A DNA stretch of 62,763 nt, counting the filler, from Coriobacteriales bacterium (GTDB lineage Bacteria > Actinomycetota > Coriobacteriia > Coriobacteriales > UBA8131): NCBI GenBank assembly GCA_031263105.1. It is 5 parts of 5 records of this genome, joined end to end, with 100 filler letters (N's around TTAATTAATTAA, not from the genome) between each part and the next. Parts side by side here need not be neighbours in the genome. Positions count along the whole stretch, not along the records: positions 33,458 to 59,079 come from JAISGJ010000051.1; 4 more parts are not named here. One strand, given 5' to 3'. Position 1 is the first letter of the stretch; each line of letters begins with the position of its first letter. Positions 45,679-55,794 of the stretch are shown here, in pieces. The translations under genes and the position numbers were made by a program. The notes beneath the pieces were generated by a model that worked only from the letters and a program-made list of their open reading frames with translations, had not been told where the DNA came from and searched no databases.

Positions 45679-46529
45679 CCTTGGCGGCCTCTTCGCGGCA
45701 CAGCAATCCTAAGCGCGCCGTGCGGGCAGGCGTCCACGCAGGCGCCGCAGCGCATGCAGTCGCCCGCCCTGACGTGCCCGGAGCGCCCCTCGATGACGGG
45801 GTCGAGTATCTCGGGCTCGGCGAGGCAGGCCTCCTTGCAGCGCTGGCACTGCGTGCAGGCCGCAGGGTCGATGCGCACCTTGAGCGGCCCGAGGCGGCCT
45901 GCGGCCTCATAGAGCGCGCCGACAGGGCAGAGGGAGCGGCACCACACCCTATGGCCGCAGAAGAACTCCGTGAGGACGAGGGCGACGAGCGTCAAAGTGC
46001 CTGCAAGGCTGCCGAACAGCATCCCCCGGTTGAGCGCGGCTATCGGGGAGACGCCCTCGAAGAGCGGACGCGCGGCAAAGGCCGCAAGAAGCAGGAACGC
46101 GCCCGCCACCGCAAGCTTCGTGCGGCGTGGCAGGGCGCGCCCGGCCACCGGCAGCCCGAGCCTTGTGCGCAGCCAGCCGACGCCCTCGAGAAGGAGGTTC
46201 ACCGGACAGACCCAGCCGCAGAACGCACGGGCGCCCACGCAGGCATAGAATCCGAGGACGATGCCTCCCCCCACGAGCCAGGCAGGCTCGAGCGTCCGGC
46301 TCGCCACGACGAGCTCGAGGACGGCAAAGGGGTCGTACAGGGAGAACCCTGCCAAGCTCGATGCGGAAAGGCTCCCGTAAAAGGGCAGGTCGGCGGGCGT
46401 GGGGACGGGGGCCTCTCCCTTCGCACTCAGACCGAACAGCGCCCAGCCGCTCAGGAGCAGGGGCGTGGCGAAGAGCGCCAGCGCCGCCACCTGGACGGCT
46501 CGACGGGCGATGCCCCAACGCCTCCTCAT
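45675..46529 (-). CDS. napH: NapH quinol dehydrogenase membrane Fe-S subunit
   Basis: RAFCGWVCP, WCRSLCPVG, CTQCQRCKEAC, CMRCGACVDACP. Confidence 0.92.
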   Translation of the reverse strand: MRRRWGIARRAVQVAALALFATPLLLSGWALFGLSAKGEAPVPTPADLPFYGSLSASSLAGFSLYDPFAVLELVVASRTLEPAWLVGGGIVLGFYACVGARAFCGWVCPVNLLLEGVGWLRTRLGLPVAGRALPRRTKLAVAGAFLLLAAFAARPLFEGVSPIAALNRGMLFGSLAGTLTLVALVLTEFFCGHRVWCRSLCPVGALYEAAGRLGPLKVRIDPAACTQCQRCKEACLAEPEILDPVIEGRSGHVRAGDCMRCGACVDACPHGALRIAVPRRGRQG

Positions 46530-46786
46530 CGTCTCCCTAGCCTCTGCCGGATAACGGGGTCGTCCTCGAAATTGGCGTAGACCAACTGGACGCCGCTGAC
46601 GCCGTCCATCGCGCAAAGGGAGGTCGCAATCGCCTGGGAGGCGCGCACGCTCTCGGCCTCCAAGGAGACGACGACGACACGGCCGTGCGTCCCGTGGGTC
46701 TCGATGCCTGCGATCCGGCCCAGCTCCCCGACGACGCGACCGGTCTCGCCGGAGAGGGTCTCGACCAGCAGGCTCGAGATGACCAC
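46526..46786 (-). CDS. napD: NapD chaperone
   Basis: GTG start with GGAGG RBS; VISSLLVE...VVVSLEAE...GVSGVQLVY. Confidence 0.85.
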   Translation of the reverse strand: MVISSLLVETLSGETGRVVGELGRIAGIETHGTHGRVVVVSLEAESVRASQAIATSLCAMDGVSGVQLVYANFEDDPVIRQRLGRR

Positions 46787-46902
46787 GGGGACGGCCTCCC
46801 CACAGGCGGGGGTTCCACGGGTGGGAGTCCCCCGCCCTGCCTCCCCACGCCCTGGTGCCCCTCGACCCGCCTCCTCATGACTGCCTTCCACAGCGCCCCT
46901 CC

Positions 46903-49449
46903 TCACGCCTTCTCGATGCTGACGACGGTCTTCTTGTAGTCAGGCTCCTTGGAGAGCGGGCAGTAGACGTCCTCGACCGCCAGATTGACGAGGCTCTCCT
47001 CTGCAAAGAACGGGGCGAAGCACAGGCCCGGCGGCGGCTCGACGCGGGCGACGGTCGATGCCTTGATCGTGAAGCTCCCGTAGACGGAGCTCACCTTTAC
47101 GAGGTCCCCGTCGGCGATGCCGCCCCTCGTGGCGTCTGCGGGGTTCATATAGAGCAGCGCCTCCGGCAGGGCCGTGTCGAGCTCGGGGACGCGGCGCGTC
47201 ATCGAGCCGGTGTGCCAGTGCTCGAGCAGACGGCCTGTGACCAGCCAGAACGGGTACTTGTCGTTCGGCTCGAAGGCCGGCGGCTCATAGGGGCGGAAGA
47301 CCACCGACGGCCTCTGGTCGGCGCTCTTGTAGAAGCTGACGTCCCCCGCAAGGCCGCTCGTGCCGTACTGCTCGATGCCGACCTGGTCGAAGCCCTCCGC
47401 CTGGCTGCCGTTGCAGAAGCGCCAGCTCGTGCCCAGCCAGGCGCCGTCGACCTCGCGGCAGGGCCATGACAGGCCGTGGTTCGTGAGGTACTCGTCGTAG
47501 GGCGCAAGCTGCTTGGCCTCCATCTTGAGCTTGGCCCCGAAGGTCCCGTCCGCGTCGTCGTTGACCGCCTGCGCGGCGGGGTTCAGGGCAGGGTTGCTGA
47601 AGGTCCGGTACTCCTCCCAGACCCTCCTGCAGACCTCGCGCTGGTCGCCGAGGAGGTCGTCGCTCTCCTCATCCCAAATAAAGCCGAAGAGGTGGGAGAA
47701 GGCGTCCGCACCTCCTATCGACTCGCCCGCAAGGACGCGCTTGGCCACTTGGAGGAAGGCCCACATGTCCCATCTGGCCTCGCCCGGAGGATCGACCGCC
47801 TTCTCGAAGATGGCCGTCCGGCGCTCGGCGTTGCCGAACTGGCCCTCCCGCTCGACCCAGAGCGCCACCGGCAGCACGACGTCCGCGTACCGGCACGACA
47901 AGGTGGGATAGACCTCGTTGACGACGACGAAGGTGTCGACGATGCCCTTCTGCTCGCCCCTCCCGAGGAAGCGGGTGAGGTTGGGCATGGAGACGGCCCA
48001 GTTGTTGTAGGCGCTCCAAAAGAAGTCGATGCCGCCCTTGGACATGTCGCGGAACATCTTGACGGTATGGGGGCCGGGCTTCTCGATGGCGTCAAGATGA
48101 CCCTCGGGGAGGCCCCAGACGGCCTCGGAGTAACGCCGGTGCTGCGGGTTGGCGACCACGAGGTCCGCAGGCAGGCGGTGGGAGAAGGTCCCGACCTCGC
48201 GGGCGGTCCCGCAGGCGCTGGGCTGGCCGGTCAGTGAGAAGGCCCCGCTGCCGGGCCTGGCGTACTTGCCCGAGAGGAGGTGGACGTTGTAGATGTTGTG
48301 GTTCATCCACGTTCCTCGGTTGTGCTGGTTGACCCCCATGGTCCAAAGCGAGAACACCTTGAGCTCGGGGGCGGCGAAGAGCTGTGCCAGCTCCTCAAGG
48401 TCGGCGACCGGCACGCCGGAGAGCTCGGAGGTGTGCTCGAAGGTGTAGGGTGCGAGCATCGCCGCGAACTCCTCGAAGGTGATCCCGTGCACGTCGTTGA
48501 CCTTCTGGCCGACGTCGGAGGCGTCGTAGCCGTCCTCGAAGGCGTCTCCGAGGCCTTCCTGGCCGGCCTTGAACTGGAGGTGGTCGCGCACGAAGGCCTC
48601 GTCGTAGAGCCTGTTGGAAACGAGGTGGTTAGCGATGCAGTTCGCGATGGCAAGGTCGGTGCCGGGACGGAAGAGCAGCACCTTGTCGGCGGTCTTCGAG
48701 GTCTCGGTCCTCAAGGTGCCAAGGTCGTAGTGCCTGACCTGCGCGTCACCTTGCTGGCGGGCCTTCAGACGGGAGTAGAGCACCGGGTGCGCCTCGGCCA
48801 TGTTGGCGCCCCAGGTTATGAAGACGTCGGCATGGTCGAGGTCGGAGTAGCAGTTCGCCGGCTCGTCGGTCTGGAACACGTTCATGAAGGCGACCACGGC
48901 GCTCGCCATGCAGAGGCGGGCGTTGGGGTCGATGTTGTTGGAGAGCAGGCCGGCCTTCCAGAACTTGGCGAGCACGTAGCCCTCGGTGACGGGCTGCTGG
49001 CCCGAGCCCCAGAACGCAAGGCGCGACTTGTCGGCCTTCCAGGTGTCCCGGAGCCTTTGCGCGACGAGCTCGAGCGCCTCGTCCCACTCGGCCTCCCGCA
49101 GGCCTCCCTCGCTCCCTTTGGTGGAGGCGTCGTCGCGGATAAGCGGCTTGGTCAGGCGGTCCTTGCCGTACAGGAGCCCTGCCAGGTAATAGCCCTTGAT
49201 GCAGTTGACGCCCTTGTTCGACTGGTTGTCCGGGTCGCCCTTGACCTCGACGACCACGCCGTCCTTCACGCCGACCAGGACGCCGCAGCCGACGCCGCAG
49301 TAGCGGCATACCGCGCTGTACGTGACGGCCTCCTCTGCCTGCTTGGGAGCGCAGGCGACGAGCTGCGACAGCGTGCCTGCGGCGGCGGCGGACGCAAAGG
49401 CGACGGCGGAGGCCTTGACGAACTGCCTTCTCGATACTTCCATGGTCAT
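46903..49449 (-). CDS. napA: Periplasmic-type nitrate reductase catalytic subunit (TAT lipoprotein)
   Basis: SRRQFVK, LVAC, CRYCGVGC...CIKG, NARLCMASA, SLTGQPSACGTAREVG, EPDYKK. Confidence 0.96.
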   Translation of the reverse strand: MTMEVSRRQFVKASAVAFASAAAAGTLSQLVACAPKQAEEAVTYSAVCRYCGVGCGVLVGVKDGVVVEVKGDPDNQSNKGVNCIKGYYLAGLLYGKDRLTKPLIRDDASTKGSEGGLREAEWDEALELVAQRLRDTWKADKSRLAFWGSGQQPVTEGYVLAKFWKAGLLSNNIDPNARLCMASAVVAFMNVFQTDEPANCYSDLDHADVFITWGANMAEAHPVLYSRLKARQQGDAQVRHYDLGTLRTETSKTADKVLLFRPGTDLAIANCIANHLVSNRLYDEAFVRDHLQFKAGQEGLGDAFEDGYDASDVGQKVNDVHGITFEEFAAMLAPYTFEHTSELSGVPVADLEELAQLFAAPELKVFSLWTMGVNQHNRGTWMNHNIYNVHLLSGKYARPGSGAFSLTGQPSACGTAREVGTFSHRLPADLVVANPQHRRYSEAVWGLPEGHLDAIEKPGPHTVKMFRDMSKGGIDFFWSAYNNWAVSMPNLTRFLGRGEQKGIVDTFVVVNEVYPTLSCRYADVVLPVALWVEREGQFGNAERRTAIFEKAVDPPGEARWDMWAFLQVAKRVLAGESIGGADAFSHLFGFIWDEESDDLLGDQREVCRRVWEEYRTFSNPALNPAAQAVNDDADGTFGAKLKMEAKQLAPYDEYLTNHGLSWPCREVDGAWLGTSWRFCNGSQAEGFDQVGIEQYGTSGLAGDVSFYKSADQRPSVVFRPYEPPAFEPNDKYPFWLVTGRLLEHWHTGSMTRRVPELDTALPEALLYMNPADATRGGIADGDLVKVSSVYGSFTIKASTVARVEPPPGLCFAPFFAEESLVNLAVEDVYCPLSKEPDYKKTVVSIEKA

Positions 49450-50171
49450 GTCCCTTTCTTCTCTGACGCGTGCTGCGGTGCGCCCTCGGGCACGCTCTGT
49501 GGCGCACTCTCTGGTGCGCTCTGCGGCGCAGGCGGCGGCGCGTTCTGCGGCGGGCCTATCCTGATGGCGGGGGCGGGGTCGCCCACCACGCAGCGCTCCA
49601 CGCAGAGCCCGCAGCCGACGCACTGTTCCTCGTCTATGACAGGCGCGAAGAGCACGTGGGTGCTGTCGCCTGCGCGGGGCCTGAGCTCGATGTCTATCGC
49701 CCGGTTGATCAGCGGGCAGCTGCGATAGCACACCTCGCAGCGGATGCCGCCGTCGATGGCGATGCAGAGCTCCTCGTCGATGACGGCGGTCCCCATCCGC
49801 ACGTCCGTGCGCACACCGACGTCCCGCAGGGCGCCGGTGGGGCATGCCCCCACGCAGGGGAAGCCCTCGCAGAGCCGACAGGCCTGCTCCCGCGCGTCGA
49901 TCACCGGGGTACCGGCGGCGGGGCCGACCGCAAAGGGGGCGCTGCGGACCGCCACGTAGGGGCAGGCCTCGATGCACTTCCCACAGCCGATGCAGCGGGC
50001 AAGGAAGTCCTCCTCGCCCTGTGCGCCGGGCGGGCGCAGGAGGAAGCTGGGTGCCTTGGCAAAGCCATAGAGCACCTGGCCTCCCAGCAGCCCGGCGAAG
50101 AAGACCGCGATCCCTTTGGCTAGAAGCGTACCCATGCGCCTGATGGTAGCGGGGCCTGAGCGCCCCGCCAA
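49446..50171 (-). CDS. napG: NapG ferredoxin-type protein
   Basis: LRPPGA, CIGCGKCIEACP, CRLC...CPTGAL, CEVCYRSCP, CVGCGLCVERC; start may be ATG 50135. Confidence 0.92.
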   Translation of the reverse strand: MAGRSGPATIRRMGTLLAKGIAVFFAGLLGGQVLYGFAKAPSFLLRPPGAQGEEDFLARCIGCGKCIEACPYVAVRSAPFAVGPAAGTPVIDAREQACRLCEGFPCVGACPTGALRDVGVRTDVRMGTAVIDEELCIAIDGGIRCEVCYRSCPLINRAIDIELRPRAGDSTHVLFAPVIDEEQCVGCGLCVERCVVGDPAPAIRIGPPQNAPPPAPQSAPESAPQSVPEGAPQHASEKKGT

Positions 50172-50254
50172 TCAGGGCAAATCCGCACGTAGGTGGAAAA
50201 CCCCTCTCCCTCGCAAGGGGTTTCCCCTGCGCGACAGGGCCGGCAACGAGCCGC

Positions 50255-50446
50255 GTTACCGTACACGCCCCCACTGTCATCCCGAGCCCCACTGTCATCC
50301 CGAGCCTGCCGAGGGATCCTCGGCCGCGCAAGCGGTCGACTGCGGGTCAAGAGGCCCCCTGGCCTGCCGTTGGACACTGCGTGTCCAAGGATTCCTCGGC
50401 GGGGCTCGGAATGACAGTGGAGCGGGAACTGTAACCAAGCCGTAAC
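50255..50446. mobile_element. MITE-like palindromic element with perfect 8-bp target-site duplication
   Basis: CGAGCCGC at 50247-50254 and 50447-50454; GTTAC/GTAAC termini. Confidence 0.9.
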
Positions 50447-50491
50447 CGAGCCGCAGGTGGGGCCGCGCAGCAGGGCCGCAAGAGCTCGAAA

Positions 50492-50513
50492 GAGTACCAT
50501 TGTTGTAGTACAA
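50492..50513. promoter_or_regulatory. Putative GntR/YtrA operator
   Basis: GAGTACCATTGTTGTAGTACAA matches the boxes at 53108 and 53162. Confidence 0.65.
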
Positions 50514-50575
50514 TATCTCCCGAAGGCCGTTCGCGACCGCAGACGGTCGTCACCGAGCGAAAGGCACGACCCCGC

Positions 50576-51553
50576 GTGTTCAGCCCCTTCATCGTGTGGT
50601 ACCTCTTCCTGGCCGGCGTCGGCAGCGGCGCCTTCCTCGTCGCGGTTGCCACGATGGTCGGGCATCGTCGCAGGAGCCGTGTGCACACGAACGTGCACGC
50701 GCATGCAGCCGCCTCGGACATGCCGCAGGGCTCCGGCATCCGTTCCCGTCGTCCCCGCTTCGGCCTTGAGCTCCGTCAGGGCCGTTACCCCTCGGCCAGC
50801 CACATCCGCTCGACCACCGCGCTGGCCACCTCCGCGCTTGCCACCGTCGCGGCGACGCTCTGCCTGCTCGCCGACTTCGGCGACCCTCTCGTCGCCTGGC
50901 GCGTCGTCCTCACGCCGCTCGCGTCCATCACCTCCTTCGGCGCCGTCGTCGTCATCTCCTTCACGGCCCTCGCCGCCCTGGCGGCCCTCACCGCGCTGCT
51001 GCAGTTCCGTCTCCCCCACTGGCTCTTCGCCACACTGCACGTGCTCGGTGCGCTGGCGGCCCTCGGCACCATGCTCTACGCCGGCTTCCTGCTTGCGGCC
51101 ATCGTCTCGGTCGACCTGTGGCACACCTGGCTCGTCCCGCTGCTCTTCTCGGTCTCCTCGCTCACCTGCGGCCTCGCTGCCACGCTCTTCGCCGAGGCCC
51201 TCTATCTCGGCGTGCGCACCCCCGGCTTCGTCTTCCGCTGGCACACGCTCCTTGCCCTCGGGCTCATCGAGGCCGCTGCCCTCGCGGCGCTCCTCGCCGA
51301 CCGGGCCGCCTTCTCCCCTACCGCGCTGGCCTCGGTCGACCTCCTCCTGCTTGGGGAGAGGTCCGCGCCCTTCTGGCTCGGCATCGTCTCGATCGGCCTT
51401 GCCCTCCCGGTCCTCGCGCACCTCCTGTTCCGCTTCCTCCCCTTGGAGGCCCTTATCCTCGTCAGCGCCGTCTGCGTTCTCGTCGGCGGCTTCTATATCC
51501 GCCACTGCGTCGTCAACGCCGGCCTTCTGACGCCCTTGTTCCCTGTCACGTGA
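50576..51553 (+). CDS. NrfD/PsrC-family membrane anchor subunit
   Basis: IVWYLFLAGVGSG, LLADFG.P, YAGFLL...W....VPLLFSVSS, FWLG. Confidence 0.88.
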   Translation: MFSPFIVWYLFLAGVGSGAFLVAVATMVGHRRRSRVHTNVHAHAAASDMPQGSGIRSRRPRFGLELRQGRYPSASHIRSTTALATSALATVAATLCLLADFGDPLVAWRVVLTPLASITSFGAVVVISFTALAALAALTALLQFRLPHWLFATLHVLGALAALGTMLYAGFLLAAIVSVDLWHTWLVPLLFSVSSLTCGLAATLFAEALYLGVRTPGFVFRWHTLLALGLIEAAALAALLADRAAFSPTALASVDLLLLGERSAPFWLGIVSIGLALPVLAHLLFRFLPLEALILVSAVCVLVGGFYIRHCVVNAGLLTPLFPVT

Positions 51554-51644
51554 CCGAGGGCCGTTGCCGAAAGGGCCCGCAGGCGCGGCCCCCGGCCCGC
51601 AAGGCCCGGCCCAGGCAGAACGACCGAACGACCGAAAGGACATC

Positions 51645-52136
51645 ATGCAGCCTCTCTCCGTCCCCCTCTCCATCGACAGCAGCAGCGGCATCCCGCTGTG
51701 GCTCCAGCTGCGCAACCGGCTCATATACCTCATCACCTCCGGGCACTTCCGCAAAGGCGACCGCCTGCCCACCGTGCGCAACCTCGCTGTGGAGCTCGGC
51801 ATCAACTTCAACACGGTGAGCAAGGTCTACCGCGACATCGAGCGCGACGGCTACATCGCCTCGCGCCAAGGCGCCGGGACCTTCGTCTCAGACGAATACA
51901 CCCGCCGCGAGGGGGTGGCCGTCACGGAGACCGACCTGGTCATCGACGAGTTCATCCGTGAATGCCTCGAGATCGGCGTGCCCAAAGACGATATCGCCGG
52001 CCTCGTGATAGAGCGCCTCATGTTGACGGAAGAGACAAGGAGCCCCGATGCCCAAGAAGAGAACGGCGACGCAGGATACGCAGCACCAACCGCATCCGCA
52101 GCCCGCAGAGAGGCGTCCCTCGGTCGCAGGCACTGA
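51645..52136 (+). CDS. GntR (YtrA subfamily) transcriptional regulator
   Basis: IPLWLQLR...GDRLPTVRNLAVELGINFNTVSKVY...GAGTFV; short C-terminus. Confidence 0.92.
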   Translation: MQPLSVPLSIDSSSGIPLWLQLRNRLIYLITSGHFRKGDRLPTVRNLAVELGINFNTVSKVYRDIERDGYIASRQGAGTFVSDEYTRREGVAVTETDLVIDEFIRECLEIGVPKDDIAGLVIERLMLTEETRSPDAQEENGDAGYAAPTASAARREASLGRRH

Positions 52137-52992
52137 GCTCGAACCCAACGAGACGACCCGCATAGGGGTCTTCGTCTTCGCGCTCGTGATGTTCGCCTTG
52201 GGCTTCGCGGCCGTGTTCGCAGCGACCGTATGGTGGCTCCACCCCCTCACCATCGTCGCCTCCCTCGCCGCAGGCCTGCTCGTCGCCTCCTGCGTCCGCA
52301 TCGCGCCTCAATGGGAGCGCGTCGCCGTGCTGCGCCTGGGCCGCTTCAACCGCATAGCAGGCCCCGGCCTCTATGTGCTCGTCCCCCTCTTCGAGTACAC
52401 GGCCATCCACGTCGACCAGCGCATCATGACCTCCTCGTTCTCCGCTGAGGCGGCGCTGACCGCCGACCTCGTCCCCGTCGACGTCGACGCCATCCTCTTC
52501 TGGATGGTCTGGGACGCGGAGCGCGCCTGCCTCGAGGTGAAGAACTATCCCAAGGCCGTGCTCTGGAGCGCCCAGACGGCGCTGCGCGACGCCCTCGGCC
52601 AGACCGACCTCGAGGAGCTCTCCATCCGCCGCCGCCAGATCGACCACGAGCTTTCCGCCACGCTCGCCAAGAAGTGCGAGGACTGGGGCATCACCGTGCT
52701 CTCCGTCGAGATCCGCGACATCATGGTGCCCCACGAGCTGCAGGACGCGCTCTCCAAGGAGGCACAGGCCGGCCGCGAGCGCGACGCCCGCATCATCATC
52801 GCCGAGGTGGAGAAGGAGATCTCGGAACTCTTCGTCGAGGCTGCCAACATCTACGGGGCCAACCCCGTCGCCTTGCAGCTGCGTGCCATGAACCTCGCCT
52901 ACGAGGGCGCCAAGGACGGCAAGGGCATGCTGCTCATGCCCTCCGTCCTCGCCGACAGCTTCGACCTCAAGAAGCTCCTTGCCGAGGACTGA
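52048..52992 (+). CDS. SPFH/stomatin (slipin) family membrane protein
   Basis: QWERVAVLRLG...GPGL, AQTALRD, WGITVLSVEIRDI, ALQLR. Confidence 0.92.
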   Translation: MPKKRTATQDTQHQPHPQPAERRPSVAGTELEPNETTRIGVFVFALVMFALGFAAVFAATVWWLHPLTIVASLAAGLLVASCVRIAPQWERVAVLRLGRFNRIAGPGLYVLVPLFEYTAIHVDQRIMTSSFSAEAALTADLVPVDVDAILFWMVWDAERACLEVKNYPKAVLWSAQTALRDALGQTDLEELSIRRRQIDHELSATLAKKCEDWGITVLSVEIRDIMVPHELQDALSKEAQAGRERDARIIIAEVEKEISELFVEAANIYGANPVALQLRAMNLAYEGAKDGKGMLLMPSVLADSFDLKKLLAED

Positions 52993-53107
52993 GCGCACCG
53001 CCTCGCCACGCTGCCGCATCGACAGAATCGCATCGCGTCCCCCCTCATAGAGTCAGTCCCTTGCCAAAAAGGCCGTGCACGACGAAACGGACGATGGCGA
53101 CTCCATA

Positions 53108-53183
53108 TTGTACTACTCTCCTAGTACAATCATCCTACAGATAGGATAGTGCATTCTCTGATTGTATCAGTATAATAGTACAA
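53108..53183 (+). promoter_or_regulatory. Two palindromic GntR/YtrA-type boxes, the second overlapping a TATAAT -10
   Basis: TTGTACTACTCTCCTAGTACAA 53108-53129; TTGTATCAGTATAATAGTACAA 53162-53183. Confidence 0.75.
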
Positions 53184-53308
53184 AGATACAATTGACGAGG
53201 CCTGACGGAGGGAAAGGAGGAGGCTTTGGACACAACGGGCGCAGAGGGAGCGACCTGTGCCCACGCATGCTGGTCAGGGTGAGAGTGCAACGAATAAGGA
53301 GGAAGAAG

Positions 53309-55783
53309 ATGCCGGATGAATCGACACGTACCACGCGCCTGAGCAGGCGCAACTTCGTGGCTGCCATGGCTGCCGCCGCCGGAGCCGCCGCCCTTGCGGG
53401 CAGCTTCGCTGGCTGTGCGCCCAAGCCGGAGGACGGCGGCAGCGCCGAGATGCCCCCGGCGCCCGCAACGCCGCCCGAGGAGCAGGTGTACCAAGGGGTC
53501 TGCCGGGCCAACTGTTCGGGCGGATGCCGCATGAACGTCCATGTGCGCGAAGGCAAGGTCGTCAAGACCTCGGCCATCCACAACGAGGACCCCCGCGAGG
53601 ACCGCATCTGCCAGCGCGGACTCACGCATGCACAGCGTGTCTACGCCCCCGAGCGCATCCAGTACCCGATGCGCCGCAAGGAAGGCACCGCCCGTGGCGC
53701 AGGCGAGTGGGAGCGCATCACCTGGGACGAGGCGGTCACCTACATAACGGACAAGTGGAAGGGCTATATCGAGGAGTTCGGGCCCAGCTCCGTCGCCTAC
53801 ACCTTCGGGGCCGGCACCTATGCGGCCAACCAGTACATCTACATGCGCCTGTTCAACATGATCGGCGGCACACAGTTCGAGCAGCTGTACGACATGGCCG
53901 GCCTCAACATGTGCCGCGACATCACGGGACGCGGCCTGTACCTGCATGGCAACGACTACAACGACATCGTCAACTGCAAGTACTTCTTCAACTGGGGCTG
54001 CAACAACACCATCAGCGGCCTGCCCGGCTGGGCCTATATCGACGATGCGGTGCGCAACCACGGCATGCAGATCATCACAATCGACCCCAACTACAACGAC
54101 ACGGCCTCGCGCAGCACCCAGTGGGTGCCCCTCAAGGCGGGGACGGACACGCCGTTGGCCTATGCGATGATGAACATCGTCATCGAGGAGGGCAAGGCCG
54201 ATGTGGACTACCTCGTCAAGAACACGCCCTCCGCGTTCCTCGTGCGCGACGACAACGGCATGTTCCTGCGCATGAGCGACCTTGGCATCGAGCCCACCGA
54301 AGGGCCGCCGGACCGCACCGGCAAGCCCACGGTCATCGACCCGCGCGTGTTCGCCACCGCCGAAGGGGAGTTCAAGCCCGAGGGCGACGATGCCACGCCG
54401 ACGATCGAAGGCGCCTTCGACGCACAGGGCGTCGCCTGCAGGACCGTGTTCGGGCTGCTTGCGGAACGTGCGGCCGAATGGCCGGTCGAGCGCGCCTCCG
54501 AGGTCTGCGACATCCCCGCCGACGTCATCACGGACCTGGCGCACAAGTACGCAGAGGGGCCTTCGATCTATGCCGCAGGCTTCGGCATCGACCACTGGGG
54601 CGACTCCGCGTCCTACCATGCCGCCATCTGCCTCGCCGCCGTCGCGGGCCAGATAGGCAAGAAGGGCACGGGCATCCACTCGCGCCTTCAGGGCGCCATG
54701 GGCTCGAACATGAACATCGGCGGTGCCGTGTTCCCGCAAGGGGCCCGAGGCGGCCTGATGAGCGCATTGCTGTACCTGCCCAAGATCATGGAGACAGGAA
54801 CCTACGGCGAGAACCCGCTCGTCATCAAGAGCCTGTTCAACTACTGCGGCAACCCCCTTGCCTCCCACGTGGACCGCAACGCCCTCATCGCAGCCTTCGA
54901 CAAGATCGACCTCATCGTCGACGTCGAGATCGTCATGAACGACACGGCCCGCTACTCCGACATCGTCCTCCCGCACCCGCACTGGTTCGAGTTCAACACC
55001 GCCAACACCACGCCGACGGCCTATGCCGACCTCAGCGAGAAGTGCGTCGAGCCGCAGTTCGAGAGCAAGGTGGACACCGAGATCTCCCGTCTGCTCGGCA
55101 ACGCCATGGGCTTCGACAACATGGACCTGGGCGAGGACGACTACTACAACCTCCTCTTCGACAACGACAACTGCCGCGAGTACGGCCTCAACTGGGCGGA
55201 CCTCAAGGAGAAGAAGCACATCCTGTTCGCACAGCTCGACTACCTCTTCGGCAACAAGGAACTCGGCTCGCCCTTCGCCACGGCATCCGGCCTGGCGGAG
55301 TTCTACTTCGAGGACCGACAGCCGATCTTCCCCCACGGGCAGGGCGGCTACGACAAGCGCGAGGTCGCCCTCCCCTACTGGAGCAGGGCGCTCGAGGCCT
55401 ACGACGAGAACCCGCTCAAGGAGACCTACCCGCTGAACATCGTCACCTACCGCGACCGCTTCAAAACGCACACCGCCTACGCGCTCTGCCCCTGGCTGCT
55501 CGAGATCGCCCCGGAGCCCACGCTGCAGGTCAGCCCTGTGGACGCCGAGCCGCGCGGCATCGCCGACGGCGATTACGTCAAGGTGTACAACGACCGAGGC
55601 TCCGTGGTCCTGAAGGCGTGGCTGGATGCCAGCATGCGGCCGGGCATGGTCCGCACGGAGCACACCTGGCTGCAGGAGCAGTACAAGGAAGGCCATTACG
55701 ACAGCCTCACCTCGGTGGCCGTCCGCGAGCCCTTCCCCTCTACCAGCCCGAACGACTGCCTCGTGCAGGTCGAGAAGAACTAA
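53309..55783 (+). CDS. DMSO-reductase-family molybdopterin oxidoreductase catalytic subunit (TAT lipoprotein), substrate unknown
   Basis: SRRNFV, FAGC, CRANCSGGC...CQRG, RIQYPMRR, WERITWDEA, DGDYVKVYNDRG; AAGGAGG RBS. Confidence 0.93.
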   Translation: MPDESTRTTRLSRRNFVAAMAAAAGAAALAGSFAGCAPKPEDGGSAEMPPAPATPPEEQVYQGVCRANCSGGCRMNVHVREGKVVKTSAIHNEDPREDRICQRGLTHAQRVYAPERIQYPMRRKEGTARGAGEWERITWDEAVTYITDKWKGYIEEFGPSSVAYTFGAGTYAANQYIYMRLFNMIGGTQFEQLYDMAGLNMCRDITGRGLYLHGNDYNDIVNCKYFFNWGCNNTISGLPGWAYIDDAVRNHGMQIITIDPNYNDTASRSTQWVPLKAGTDTPLAYAMMNIVIEEGKADVDYLVKNTPSAFLVRDDNGMFLRMSDLGIEPTEGPPDRTGKPTVIDPRVFATAEGEFKPEGDDATPTIEGAFDAQGVACRTVFGLLAERAAEWPVERASEVCDIPADVITDLAHKYAEGPSIYAAGFGIDHWGDSASYHAAICLAAVAGQIGKKGTGIHSRLQGAMGSNMNIGGAVFPQGARGGLMSALLYLPKIMETGTYGENPLVIKSLFNYCGNPLASHVDRNALIAAFDKIDLIVDVEIVMNDTARYSDIVLPHPHWFEFNTANTTPTAYADLSEKCVEPQFESKVDTEISRLLGNAMGFDNMDLGEDDYYNLLFDNDNCREYGLNWADLKEKKHILFAQLDYLFGNKELGSPFATASGLAEFYFEDRQPIFPHGQGGYDKREVALPYWSRALEAYDENPLKETYPLNIVTYRDRFKTHTAYALCPWLLEIAPEPTLQVSPVDAEPRGIADGDYVKVYNDRGSVVLKAWLDASMRPGMVRTEHTWLQEQYKEGHYDSLTSVAVREPFPSTSPNDCLVQVEKN

Positions 55784-55794
55784 GGAGGCCGAAG

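Noticed and set aside
49450..50331. N-terminal extension of NapA in the ORF track (similar extensions at 6480, 35559, 53524)
   Set aside because: True starts are marked by RBS and signal motifs downstream; the extensions overlap other real genes
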